From assembly GCA_965215005.1 (NCBI GenBank), contig CBDCCZ010000011.1, positions 32,001 through 96,000 of the forward strand: DNA of 64,000 bases, given 5' to 3'. Below the pieces are notes generated by a model. It was not told the DNA's origin and made no database searches. It was given only the letters and a program-made list of their open reading frames with translations. Of this stretch, positions 54,798-64,000 are shown one piece after another. This stretch comes from Kofleriaceae bacterium. Lineage in GTDB: Bacteria > Myxococcota_A > Polyangia > Haliangiales > Haliangiaceae. How positions within the stretch are numbered: the first letter of the stretch is position 1; each line of letters opens with the position of its first letter. Position numbers and translations under genes: made by a program.

Positions 54798-55312
54798 GCC
54801 ATGGAGATAGCCAGCGCGGCTCCGTCATGGTCATCGTCGTCACCATGTTGGCGGCGCTGCTGGCAGGCGCCGGTATCGCTATCTATCTACAGATCTCCGA
54901 TACCCGGTCGACGAGCCTGGTGCGTGCAACTCGCAGCGCGCTCTATTGTGCCGAGGCAGGGCTTGCCGCCTCGCGCCCCATCATTGGTAGCCAGTACGGC
55001 GCGTGGCAGCAGCTGCTCGATGCCGACGCCAGCAATGATCCAAGTTGGTATCCAATCGTTGGCGACCTCGATGACCCGCCAGATGGCATCAACGACTATG
55101 AGGTTCGAATTCGCGATAATGATGATGAGTTGCCGCCGCTGCCCAATGATCCCACGCGAGATAACGATTTGCGCATCTTCGTGGTGTCCCGCTGTATCTC
55201 GGTCCCCGACGCACCTCGGGAAGTGCTCGAGTTGGTGACGTATCGCAGTGGCGGCAGCGTGTACCGCAATCAGTCGGGGCAAGGCTCAGGCAACACTGGC
55301 AATGTGAATTGA
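54794..55312 (+). CDS. PilX-like minor pilin
   Basis: QRG|SVMVIV (no Glu5); ALYCAEAGL; GTGA overlap. Confidence 0.8.
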   Translation: MSHGDSQRGSVMVIVVTMLAALLAGAGIAIYLQISDTRSTSLVRATRSALYCAEAGLAASRPIIGSQYGAWQQLLDADASNDPSWYPIVGDLDDPPDGINDYEVRIRDNDDELPPLPNDPTRDNDLRIFVVSRCISVPDAPREVLELVTYRSGGSVYRNQSGQGSGNTGNVN

Positions 55313-55325
55313 ATCGGCGGCGGCG

Positions 55326-56330
55326 ATGGCAATGAAGCGTGTGGCTCTGGCGATTGCCATCATGGTTCTGGTCGCCACCCGCTCGGGCGTTGCTGCTGCG
55401 GCGCCGGCGCGCGTGGTGGTGCTTGGCCACGACGAGAGCCTGCCGCCGGCGTTTCTGGCAAGCCTTCGGATACAGCTCACCGGAGTTGGGGTGGTGGAGG
55501 AAGGGCCGCCACTACAGGGCGAGCGACTTGCGGAGCAGGTGGCATTCGCAACCGAGCTCGTGCAGTCCGAGGGATTTGCGATGGCGGTTTGGCTCGATGC
55601 GCCGGCCGCCGGCGAGCCGCGGCAGCACGTCTTGTACGTGGTTGGCGAGCAGGGAGGGCGGGCGCTGGTCGAGGTATTCGAGCTCCCCGACAAAGAAGGC
55701 GCCGCCGCCGACCGCGCGATGGCGCTCAAGGTCCGCGAAGTGCTCGATACCATCTTGCTGCCGCAAGAAAGCCCACCAACCGTCGCCGAGTGGGTGGGAC
55801 GAGAGGCGCCCAAGAAGGCCCCGTCCACGGTGCTGCTGCTCGATTTCTCCACCCGCGTGAGCTGGAATGCGGGCACCTTTGAGCCGGGGCTCTCGGTGCA
55901 GCTCGGGCCGCGCTGGCAACTCCCCCTCATCGTCGATGCGTTTGCGGTGCTCGAGGTCGGCCCGGGCGTCGAGGTAGCCCGAGACAGTGGCCGAGTGGAC
56001 ACCGACAGGGCCGGTGTGGGCGCCGGGGTTCGCGTCTCCGCCAAGATTGCGCCGGTGGCGGTTGGCGCGAGCGCGGCTGTGGTCGCGCGCTTGGTGCGGG
56101 CCGAAGGAGTGACGCCGGCGGGAGCCAAGGGCGCCGAAACCGTGGTGCTGCCGACCCTGGTGGCCGCGGCGGAGGCGCGCTGGCCAGCCCGCAGTGGGGT
56201 GCAAGGCCGCGTTTCTACTGGCCTTCAGCTCGCGGCTATCAGGCAGGTGTTCGCGGTCAATGAGCAGCCGGTGGCGGATTTGGGTCGAGTGGCCCCGCTG
56301 CTGGAGGTGGGATTGGCGGTTTCTTTTTGA
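55326..56330 (+). CDS. Exported hypothetical protein, possible C-terminal beta-barrel
   Basis: Signal peptide; alternating strands; terminal Phe (GLAVSF). Confidence 0.7.
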   Translation: MAMKRVALAIAIMVLVATRSGVAAAAPARVVVLGHDESLPPAFLASLRIQLTGVGVVEEGPPLQGERLAEQVAFATELVQSEGFAMAVWLDAPAAGEPRQHVLYVVGEQGGRALVEVFELPDKEGAAADRAMALKVREVLDTILLPQESPPTVAEWVGREAPKKAPSTVLLLDFSTRVSWNAGTFEPGLSVQLGPRWQLPLIVDAFAVLEVGPGVEVARDSGRVDTDRAGVGAGVRVSAKIAPVAVGASAAVVARLVRAEGVTPAGAKGAETVVLPTLVAAAEARWPARSGVQGRVSTGLQLAAIRQVFAVNEQPVADLGRVAPLLEVGLAVSF

Positions 56331-56381
56331 GCGTGCGCTTTTTTTTCAACCCGCCCCGGCGGCGACGCAACAGAAGGACGA

Positions 56382-56990
56382 GTGCTCGTGAGCCAGCAAG
56401 AGCAACGCGCTGGTGACCCCTCACCAGAGTTGATCGAGGCCTGTCGACAAGGAGACAGGATCGCGCTCGATCGCGTCTTGCGCGAGCACCTGCGAGGGAT
56501 CGAACGACTCATCTGCCGCATGGTAGGACCTGGTGCGGACTTAGAAGACCTGGTGCAACAGACGATGATCGCCGTCATACATGCGTTTCCTCGCTTTCGC
56601 GGCGAAGCATCGGTGCGCCACTGGATGGCGGGCATCGCGGTCAACATCGTTCGTCAGCACTTCCGCCGACCTGAGCGGCGCCGGCGTGCGAGCCTCGAGC
56701 TCGTGGTCGACGAGGTTCCCGATCACGCGGTGGCCGTCGATCGCCACGCCGGCGAGCGCCAGACGCTGGCGCGCGTGTATCACCACCTCGAGAAGATAGC
56801 GCCCAAGAAGCGCCTCGCATTTACGCTGCACGTCATTGGCGGCTATCCAGTCGACGAGGTGGCCGCTCTCACCGGTGCGACCAAGGCGGCGACCAAGTCG
56901 CGAATCATGTGGGCGCGACGGGCGCTGCTCAAGAGTGCGCGTCGTGACCCAGCGCTTGCCGATAGCGTTCCGGCAGAGGAGGTCGCATGA
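56382..56990 (+). CDS. ECF RNA polymerase sigma factor
   Basis: DLEDLVQ, FRGEASVRHW..IAVN, region 4 EVAAL...TKSRIMWAR. Confidence 0.93.
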   Translation: MLVSQQEQRAGDPSPELIEACRQGDRIALDRVLREHLRGIERLICRMVGPGADLEDLVQQTMIAVIHAFPRFRGEASVRHWMAGIAVNIVRQHFRRPERRRRASLELVVDEVPDHAVAVDRHAGERQTLARVYHHLEKIAPKKRLAFTLHVIGGYPVDEVAALTGATKAATKSRIMWARRALLKSARRDPALADSVPAEEVA

Positions 56991-58252
56991 TCGGCTGCAA
57001 GCGCGCGATTGTGTTGCTGCTGGGCCGCGCCTCCGGGCTTTCGGACGCCGAGCGACTGCGCCTCGAGCAGCACCTGGATGGGTGCGAGCGCTGCCGGCGC
57101 GAAGCGCTCGAGCTCGATCGGTTGGTGCAGCCAGCGCTTGGTTCTGCATTGCCCGCGCTCAGCCAGCGGGCGCGCCATCGCATTGTTGCTGGCGCGCTCA
57201 GCGCCCTCGATAGTCCGCGTGCGCCGGCCCCTGTGGCCGCGCGACCGCGACGCCAGCTTTGGGTTCCGATGGGGCTCGCGGCGTCTCTGGCGGTGGTAAC
57301 CACCCTCATCCTACTCAGCCACTCCCATAGTCCCAGCACGCAACCGGCACGAGTAGTTGAGTCCACCGCCCCGACGCCGCGAGCCCCTGACGATCCATCT
57401 TCAAGCTCACCCGCCGAGCCAGCCAACCGCGACGAGCTGGCGATTGCCGAGGTCGTCACTGCCGGCACTATCGAGGTTGCCGGAATTGCGCTGTCGATTG
57501 GGGCGGCGGTTCCCGCCGATGCCCCGATGCGCGCGAAAGACGCAGCCGCGTTGCAGGTGGCGGATGCGGTGCTTTCGCTGCGGCGCGGGAGTGTGCTGCG
57601 CTGGAATCCCAGCGAGCGCGAGGCGCGGCTGGAAAAGGGCGCCGTGCGCGTCGAGGCGGCGCAGGCGGTGCGCGTCGCCACCAAGCGGTTTCGCGTAGAG
57701 CTCAGCGGCGCCGATTCCACGATTGGGCAGCGCTCGGTGCACGTTCATGAGGGCAGCGCGCGGGTTTTCGCGGCCGATGGCACGGTGTTGGCGGCGCAGG
57801 TGGTGGCGGGGGAGTCGTGGGAGCTGCCGGCGCCGCGGCGCAAAGCAGAGGAACGTGGTGCTCCGGCGAACGTGGCCAGCGAGGTCGAAGCTCGGCTTCT
57901 GCAGGCCCGCGAGCTGCTCGCGACGGGCCAGATCGAGGAAGCGCGCGCGGCGGTGCGCGAGACGCAACGCATTGCGCGGACCTCTCGCCAACGAGCCGAA
58001 GCCGAGACGCTGTTGGCCGAGTGCGCCATGGTCGCCGGCCAGAGCGGCGCAGCAATTCAGCTTTATATTCGCGTGAGCGAGCGCTATAGCGGCTCGCCGG
58101 CGGCAGAGAACGCCTTGTTTGCTGCCGCGCGGCTGGCGGCCAGCAGCGGGATGACGAGCAGAGCCCGCGAGCTTCTGGAGCGCTATCTCGAGCGCTATCC
58201 GCAAGGCCGGCTGCGAAGCGAAGCGAAGCGGCGACTCGAGCGGCTGCGATGA
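56987..58252 (+). CDS. Anti-sigma factor: zf-HC2 plus TM plus FecR-like plus TPR
   Basis: HLDGCERC, TM segment, LEKGAV...V.VHEG, YLERYPQG; ATGA overlap with the sigma gene. Confidence 0.85.
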   Translation: MIGCKRAIVLLLGRASGLSDAERLRLEQHLDGCERCRREALELDRLVQPALGSALPALSQRARHRIVAGALSALDSPRAPAPVAARPRRQLWVPMGLAASLAVVTTLILLSHSHSPSTQPARVVESTAPTPRAPDDPSSSSPAEPANRDELAIAEVVTAGTIEVAGIALSIGAAVPADAPMRAKDAAALQVADAVLSLRRGSVLRWNPSEREARLEKGAVRVEAAQAVRVATKRFRVELSGADSTIGQRSVHVHEGSARVFAADGTVLAAQVVAGESWELPAPRRKAEERGAPANVASEVEARLLQARELLATGQIEEARAAVRETQRIARTSRQRAEAETLLAECAMVAGQSGAAIQLYIRVSERYSGSPAAENALFAAARLAASSGMTSRARELLERYLERYPQGRLRSEAKRRLERLR

Positions 58253-59046
58253 GATGCCGTGAAACGCGACGCGGGGCAAGCGCTGCGTATGCGCTGGTCA
58301 TCATGGCGCTGGTCATCGGTTGCTCGAGCCATGACAACTTGGCTTCCGATGGTGTTGGAGATGCTGGCGACCGCAGCGACGCGCCCGAGTCAGCGTGCGT
58401 GCCGGGGCCGACGCAGTGCAGCAACTGCATCGACGATGACGGCGACGGCGCCATCGACGGCTTCGATGCGCAATGCACCTCGGCGTTGGATCGCCGCGAG
58501 GACAGCTTTGCCACCGGGATCCCCGGGGACAACAGCGACGCGATCAAACAGGATTGCTACTACGACGGCAACAGCGGCGCCGGCGATGATGGCTGCGACT
58601 TGCACGTCTGCTGCTTGCTCGCCGACGATGCGTGTCCCGACGCGGACTGGGATCGGGCCAGCGCCGACTGCACCGTGAGCCAGGAATGCGTCGCGGCGTG
58701 CGCACCGCTCACGCCACCCGGATGCGACTGTTTTGGCTGTTGCACCGTGTGCGACGGCGCCAGCTGTTTTGACATCCTCATCCATCCCAAGCTGTCGCCC
58801 AACTGCGACGTCGACGTGCTCAGCGACCCGCAGGCGTGCTTGCGCTGCGAGAAACAGCGAGACTGCCGGCAAGCCGATTGCGACCCCGAGCAGTGCATCC
58901 CATGCCCCGGCCAGTCCCCCGACAGCCTGCCCAGCCACTGCACAGACGCCCGGTGCCCCGGCGAGCTGGCTAGCTGTCGCAGCAGCGCCGACTGTGGCGA
59001 CACACAGTTTTGCGCTGGCGGGTGCTGTATCGACCAAATCGAGTAA
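58249..59046 (+). CDS. Cys/Asp-rich lipoprotein
   Basis: Lipobox VIGC; CSNCIDDDGDG..DGFD; very high Cys content; ATGA overlap. Confidence 0.85.
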   Translation: MRCRETRRGASAAYALVIMALVIGCSSHDNLASDGVGDAGDRSDAPESACVPGPTQCSNCIDDDGDGAIDGFDAQCTSALDRREDSFATGIPGDNSDAIKQDCYYDGNSGAGDDGCDLHVCCLLADDACPDADWDRASADCTVSQECVAACAPLTPPGCDCFGCCTVCDGASCFDILIHPKLSPNCDVDVLSDPQACLRCEKQRDCRQADCDPEQCIPCPGQSPDSLPSHCTDARCPGELASCRSSADCGDTQFCAGGCCIDQIE

Positions 59047-59166
59047 CGATTGGCCGTGCGTCGGCCGATATCGCCTTCGGTTTGAGTCGCTGCGTTATCC
59101 TGCTCACGAGCGGTTGCGCCGCTTCCTTGTGAGAGGCGGGGTGCGCGGCTACATTTCGTCAGCCTC

Positions 59167-60147
59167 ATGCGACGCCACATCATCATTGGACTCGCCTTGC
59201 TCATGTTCGCAGCGTGCTCCGGTGGCGATTCGATGGCCAAGGAGTGGAATCTGGCGTTCGACGCCCAGCAGGTCGGCTGGTTTCTCAATGTTTGGGGGTC
59301 GAGCGAAGACAACCTCTACGCCGCGGGCGGGACTCCCGATAACGGCGTTCTGATGCGCTGGGACGGCACCGCGTGGACCGAGGTCTTGCTCGACACCGAG
59401 GTGCCGCTCCTCACCTGGGCGTTCGGCTTTGGTGCCAACGACATTACCGTGGTCGGCAACGAGGGCACCATCGTGCACTTCGACGGCGCGGTGTGGACGC
59501 TTCAAGAGACGCCAACCGAGCAGGATCTCTGGGGCGTTTGGGGTGCGGCCCCGGATGATCTGTGGGCAGTGGGTGGACGAGGTCGCGCTGCTGGGGAAGC
59601 GACGCTGCTGCATTATGACGGCTCGCGGTGGAGCGAGGTCGAGGTGCCGCCGCTAGAGCGCGCCAACGTCTGGGCGTTTTTCAAAGTGTGGGGAACGTCG
59701 GCCAGCAACGTATACGTGGTTGGCCAGCGGGGCGCGGTGCTTCATTATGACGGCGTGGGATGGCGCGAGGAGCTGGTTGGCGCCAGCGACGATCTGGTGT
59801 CGCTGTGGGGAACGGGACCGGACAATATTGTCGCGGTTGGCGGCCGCGGCGCCGGAATTGTGAGTCGCTGGAATGGCAGCGAGTGGCGCACCGAAAGTCT
59901 GAGCCCGCTTCCTGGCCTCAACGGGGTGTGGATGGGCGCGGACGGGGTCGCCTACGCCGTCGGAACGGTGGGAACACTCATTGCACTCGAGCCGGGCACG
60001 TTCGAATACGAGCAGAGCTTTGCGGCCACCACTCTCGATTTTCACGGCATCTTTAGCGCAGGCGAGCGACTGGTCGCCGTGGGTGGCAACCTCTTCGCCG
60101 TGGAGCCGCCGTTTCAAGGTATCGCGTTCGAGCGACCGCTGAACTGA
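59167..60147 (+). CDS. Beta-propeller repeat lipoprotein
   Basis: Lipobox FAAC; about 7 repeats of VWG...AVG..G..LHYDG..W. Confidence 0.88.
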   Translation: MRRHIIIGLALLMFAACSGGDSMAKEWNLAFDAQQVGWFLNVWGSSEDNLYAAGGTPDNGVLMRWDGTAWTEVLLDTEVPLLTWAFGFGANDITVVGNEGTIVHFDGAVWTLQETPTEQDLWGVWGAAPDDLWAVGGRGRAAGEATLLHYDGSRWSEVEVPPLERANVWAFFKVWGTSASNVYVVGQRGAVLHYDGVGWREELVGASDDLVSLWGTGPDNIVAVGGRGAGIVSRWNGSEWRTESLSPLPGLNGVWMGADGVAYAVGTVGTLIALEPGTFEYEQSFAATTLDFHGIFSAGERLVAVGGNLFAVEPPFQGIAFERPLN

Positions 60148-60166
60148 CGAAAGATCACCACGCCTC

Positions 60167-62503
60167 ATGAACTGCACACGCCTGATGGTTTTTGGAGCCG
60201 CCTTATTGGTGGCCGTATTGGTGGGTTGTGGCGAAGGCGAGCCAACGGTGGCGCCGGGCATTTTTGCAGCGCTGGGCGAGCCGATGCCGTCGGCCACGGC
60301 GGCGCAGCGGGTAACGTTTGAGCGCGGCCGGCAGGTTGCTATGCGCCGGTTCAGCGCGGCGGAGGGCGCGGGACCCGATTTCAACGTCACCTTTTGCGGT
60401 GCGTGCCATGAGCGGCCGGTGCTCGGCGGTAGCGCCGGTCGCTATCGCAACTTCTTGCTCGTAGGCCAGAGACTGAACGACGGCTCGTTCGCGGCAACCG
60501 GCATCAACGGTGTGCAACCGCAGTACTCGCTGCTGGACCGTCGCCGTTCGACAGATCCCCTTACCAATCTCACGGCCACGCGCAATCCAGTTCCATTCTT
60601 TGGCGTCGGGCTGCTCGCCGAGATCACCGATGAAGAGATTCTTTCCCGCGAAGACCCCGACGATGCTGATGGCGATGGCATTAGCGGCCGCGCCAACTTC
60701 GATCGCGGGTTCGTCGGTCGATTCGGCCGCAAGTCGCAGAGCGTGGCAATCGAGAGCTTCATTCGCGGCCCGCTCTTCAATCACATGGGCATCACGACCA
60801 ATCCGTTGTCGCCGGAGCGTCGTGCCGCGCTTCCGGTCGCGAGTCGAGGGACCGAGAGCGGTGTTCCGCAGCAAACAGCAGCGCTGGGAACGCTCGAGCT
60901 CGAGCAGGTGGGCGCGCCCAACCAGCCAACGGTGGACGACGATGAAGCGCCGGATCCCGAGCTAAACGAAGCGGACTTGTTCGACTTGATAGCCTTCTCA
61001 ATGCTGCTCGCCGCGCCCCAGCCCGATGCGCCGACGGATTCGAGCGAACGCGGTCGCCGCTTGTTTGATGATGCGGGCTGTGCCGATTGCCATGTTGCGG
61101 CGTTGCGCGGGCCGCGGGGGCTGGTACCGGCGTGGTCGGATCTGCTTCTGCACGACATGGGCGAGAAACTGGCCGACGGCATCACGATGGGCGAAGCGTC
61201 GGGGCAGGAGTTTCGCACCGCGCCGTTGTGGGGACTCGCGGCAACCGGGCCGTATCTGCACGATGGCCGCGCCGATACGATCGATGAAGCGATTCGCTGG
61301 CATGGTGGCGAAGCGGCGCGCGCGCGCGATGCATTCGTAGCGATGCCCGACACCGCGAGAAATGACGTGTTGGCGTTTCTCGAGTCGCTCGGCGGGCGCG
61401 CGCAACAGACCCCAGGGCTGTTGGCGCCTGATGCGCCTATTCCGGCTGTTGGTGCCTATGGCGGTCCGGTGCAGTCGCTCGACGATGAGGAGATGGCGCG
61501 GTTTGCGCGCGGTCGCGCGCTCTTCGATCGCGACGCATTCCTCGTGGGTGGACGGGGCGCAGGCCTTGGGCCGCGCTTCAACGGTGATGCGTGCCGCGCG
61601 TGTCACTTCGATCCGGTCATCGGCGGCGCCGGGCCTGCAGATGTCGACGTCATTCGCCAAGGCATCGTCGATGAGGCTACGGGCATGTTTCGCATGCCGC
61701 AGATGGGAACCATGGCGCATCGCTTTGCTTCCGCGACCGATGCGCGGCCGCCCATCGACGCCGCGGCCAACGTGTTCGAGGCGCGGCAGACACCAGCGCT
61801 GTTTGGGCTCGGGCTCATCGAGGCCATCGCCGAGGCTGACATTCTCGCGCGCGCCGATCCCGAAGATGCCGATGGCGACGGCGTGAGCGGTCGCGCCCAT
61901 ATGCTTAGTGATGGCCGTCTGGGCCGATTTGGTTGGAAAGCTAATGTTCCGTCGATCGCAGAATTCGCGCGCGATGCACTGGCCAACGAAATGGGTATCA
62001 CCTTGCCTGCGCAGGAGGGACAGACCTTCGGGTTCCTCTATGACGAGGATGAGGTTCCGGATCCGGAGATCTCGGTCGAAGAGCTGCGCGACTTGGTGTT
62101 CTTTCTACAGATGATGGCGCCGCCGCCGCGCATGGCGATGGATGGACAGCAGGCCGATGGAGAGATGGCCTTCGACGAGGTCGGCTGCACGAGCTGTCAC
62201 GTTGCGAACATGACCACGACCGATGGCCAAAGCGTTGCGCTGTACAGCGATCTGCTGCTTCACGAGGTGGCCTTGCCGTGGTCTTGGGGCATTGAAGAAG
62301 GCGATGCGGCCATGGGTGAGCTGCGGACGCCGCCACTTTGGGGCTTGGCTACGACCGCGCCGTATATGCACGATGGCAGCGCGCCAACCGTGCTCGAGGC
62401 AATCCTTGCCCATGCCGGCGAGGCCAGCGCCGCGCGTGAAGCGTTCCTGGCGCTGCCCCTCGGGCTTCAGGAGGCAGTGGTGGCGTTTCTCGAGACGTTA
62501 TGA
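60167..62503 (+). CDS. Di-heme oxidoreductase (DHOR/DUF1111) family lipoprotein, tandem-duplicated, 4 CXXCH
   Basis: CGACH 60395, CADCH 61079, CRACH 61592, CTSCH 62186; each half has DP.DADGDG.SGR, GRFG.K, RT.PLWG, Y.HDG. Confidence 0.9.
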   Translation: MNCTRLMVFGAALLVAVLVGCGEGEPTVAPGIFAALGEPMPSATAAQRVTFERGRQVAMRRFSAAEGAGPDFNVTFCGACHERPVLGGSAGRYRNFLLVGQRLNDGSFAATGINGVQPQYSLLDRRRSTDPLTNLTATRNPVPFFGVGLLAEITDEEILSREDPDDADGDGISGRANFDRGFVGRFGRKSQSVAIESFIRGPLFNHMGITTNPLSPERRAALPVASRGTESGVPQQTAALGTLELEQVGAPNQPTVDDDEAPDPELNEADLFDLIAFSMLLAAPQPDAPTDSSERGRRLFDDAGCADCHVAALRGPRGLVPAWSDLLLHDMGEKLADGITMGEASGQEFRTAPLWGLAATGPYLHDGRADTIDEAIRWHGGEAARARDAFVAMPDTARNDVLAFLESLGGRAQQTPGLLAPDAPIPAVGAYGGPVQSLDDEEMARFARGRALFDRDAFLVGGRGAGLGPRFNGDACRACHFDPVIGGAGPADVDVIRQGIVDEATGMFRMPQMGTMAHRFASATDARPPIDAAANVFEARQTPALFGLGLIEAIAEADILARADPEDADGDGVSGRAHMLSDGRLGRFGWKANVPSIAEFARDALANEMGITLPAQEGQTFGFLYDEDEVPDPEISVEELRDLVFFLQMMAPPPRMAMDGQQADGEMAFDEVGCTSCHVANMTTTDGQSVALYSDLLLHEVALPWSWGIEEGDAAMGELRTPPLWGLATTAPYMHDGSAPTVLEAILAHAGEASAAREAFLALPLGLQEAVVAFLETL

Positions 62504-62907
62504 GCCGCTGGGCAGTGGCCCTCGCGTGCCTCGTTGGCTGCGGTGATGGATACGCTGCGCACGTCTTTCGCGACTCCGAGCTTCTTGCAACCTTCGACGT
62601 AGAGCTCGCCGATACCGCCGCTGCGCGAGCGCAGGGCCTACGCGGCGCACCGCCGCTACAGCCGCACCAGGGCCTGGTTTTGATCTTTCCGCGCGCGCTC
62701 GACGACGTCTGTCTCGATAACCGCGACGTGCGTTTTGCCATCGACGCCGTGATCGCCGGCGACGACGGCCTCGTCCACGCTGTCGCCACCCTCGAGCCCA
62801 ACGACCCACAGCCACGCTGCCACGACCGCGTCCGCTGGATCCTAGAAGTCGCCGCCGGCGCCGCCGCCGCAATCCGCCCCGGCGACACACTGCGAATCGA
62901 GCGCTGA
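62500..62907 (+). CDS. DUF192 family lipoprotein
   Basis: VELADT...RAQGL, GLVLIF, WILEVAAG, IRPGD; lipobox LVGC; ATGA overlap. Confidence 0.82.
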   Translation: MSRWAVALACLVGCGDGYAAHVFRDSELLATFDVELADTAAARAQGLRGAPPLQPHQGLVLIFPRALDDVCLDNRDVRFAIDAVIAGDDGLVHAVATLEPNDPQPRCHDRVRWILEVAAGAAAAIRPGDTLRIER

Positions 62908-62927
62908 TCCGCAGCCGCCTACCACCG

Positions 62928-64000
62928 TCATTGCGGTCTCGCGTGACTGCCGCGGAAATCCCATGGATCCGTCGCTTCGCTGGTCTCGCCTCCCCACTTG
63001 GCGAGCATGGCGGGCACTACCAGCATGTTGAGGACGGTCGAGGTGGCGAGGCCGGTGAGGATGACTAGAGCCATGGGCGCTTGAATTTCGCTTCCGGGCT
63101 CGCCGAGGGCTAACGCGAGTGGAAGGAGGCCGAGGCCGGCGGTCACGGCGGTCATCAGAATTGGCGCGAGGCGCTCGCGAGCGCTTTGCGCGACGGCTTC
63201 GGCGCGCTCGACCCCGAGGAGCTCAAGATCGCGGCTTCGGGTGGCGAGGAGGATGCCGTTTCGGGTGGCGATACCGAACAAGGTGATGAAGCCGATGATG
63301 CTCGCGATGGACAAGATGCCGCCCGCCAAGAACACGCCGACCACGCCGCCCGCGAGCGCGAGCGGCAGGTTCACCAGCACGATGGCGGCACGAGAAGCGC
63401 TGCGAAGGGTCGCGAAGACAATCACCACGACGCATGCGATGGAGATGAGCCCGAGAATGATGAGTCGCGAGCCGGCGGCTTCTTCGCGCTCAAATTGGCC
63501 GGCGTACTCGACGCGTACGTGCGGCGGCAGGTCGACTCGCTCCTGCACGCGAGCGCGGACGTCTTCGTAGACGCTGCGCAGATCGCGGTCGGCGACGTTG
63601 GCGGTCACGACGATGCGTCGCTCGACGTTCTCCCGCAGGATGTAGTTTGGCCCGCGGTCGGCTTTGACCTCGGCGAACGCCGAGATGGGCACAACGGCAC
63701 CGGAGGGGGTGGGAACGCGGGTGGTCTGGACCGTTTCGATCGACTCGCGGGCGTCGTCGCCGTAGCGGACCACCACGTCGGTGATGGTGCCGTATTCGTA
63801 GATACGGCCGGCTTCGGTGCCCCATAGGGCGGTGCCGGCGGCTTCGGCGGCCTGTCCTGGGGATAGTCCGTATTGCGCGGCAGCGTGGCGATCGATTCGC
63901 ACGACCACCTGCGGCACGTTCACCGCCTGCTCGACGCTGAGATCGACGAGACCAGGCACCTGCGCAATCGCGGCTCGCACGGCTTCGGCAACCACTCGAA
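62928..64000 (-). CDS. CusA/CzcA-type heavy-metal RND permease, 3' part
   Basis: GFITLFGIATRNG, ERLAPILMTA, GSEIQAPMA; runs off the window edge. Confidence 0.92.
   Translation of the reverse strand, partial: RVVAEAVRAAIAQVPGLVDLSVEQAVNVPQVVVRIDRHAAAQYGLSPGQAAEAAGTALWGTEAGRIYEYGTITDVVVRYGDDARESIETVQTTRVPTPSGAVVPISAFAEVKADRGPNYILRENVERRIVVTANVADRDLRSVYEDVRARVQERVDLPPHVRVEYAGQFEREEAAGSRLIILGLISIACVVVIVFATLRSASRAAIVLVNLPLALAGGVVGVFLAGGILSIASIIGFITLFGIATRNGILLATRSRDLELLGVERAEAVAQSARERLAPILMTAVTAGLGLLPLALALGEPGSEIQAPMALVILTGLATSTVLNMLVVPAMLAKWGGETSEATDPWDFRGSHARPQ

Overview
GC-rich bacterial chromosomal segment, about 55 CDS. The gene content points to a myxobacterium (Myxococcota): Ser/Thr kinase-TPR, PP2C, Cys-rich lipoproteins, an ECF/FecR cassette, minor type IV pilins and sigma54-type promoters. 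This assignment is inferred from gene content only. I saw no rRNA, tRNA, CRISPR array, integrase or transposase. Recognisable genes: M16 and S46 peptidases, three SDRs, GH13 amylase plus carbohydrate porin, NADH-oxidoreductase-SelD fusion, acetyl-CoA hydrolase/transferase, orphan DNA MTase, MFP plus two RND subunits, dinB, hemJ, DHH phosphoesterase and a partial CusA-type RND. The best candidates for uncharacterised systems are: (1) an XRE-cupin regulator with an SDR translationally coupled to a QueA paralogue that has non-canonical motifs; (2) a PaaE-like ferredoxin reductase, a MerR regulator and a ferritin-like diiron enzyme behind a palindromic operator; (3) a three-lipoprotein operon built around a tandem-duplicated tetraheme DHOR-family protein; (4) a PilY1-less minor pilin cluster running into an ECF cassette. 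Two genes carry single-base frameshifts (about 8631 and about 28063) that the ORF track splits, and a DUF4258-like toxin looks truncated. Many genes appear to be leaderless. All family calls come from motif recognition by eye, not database searches.
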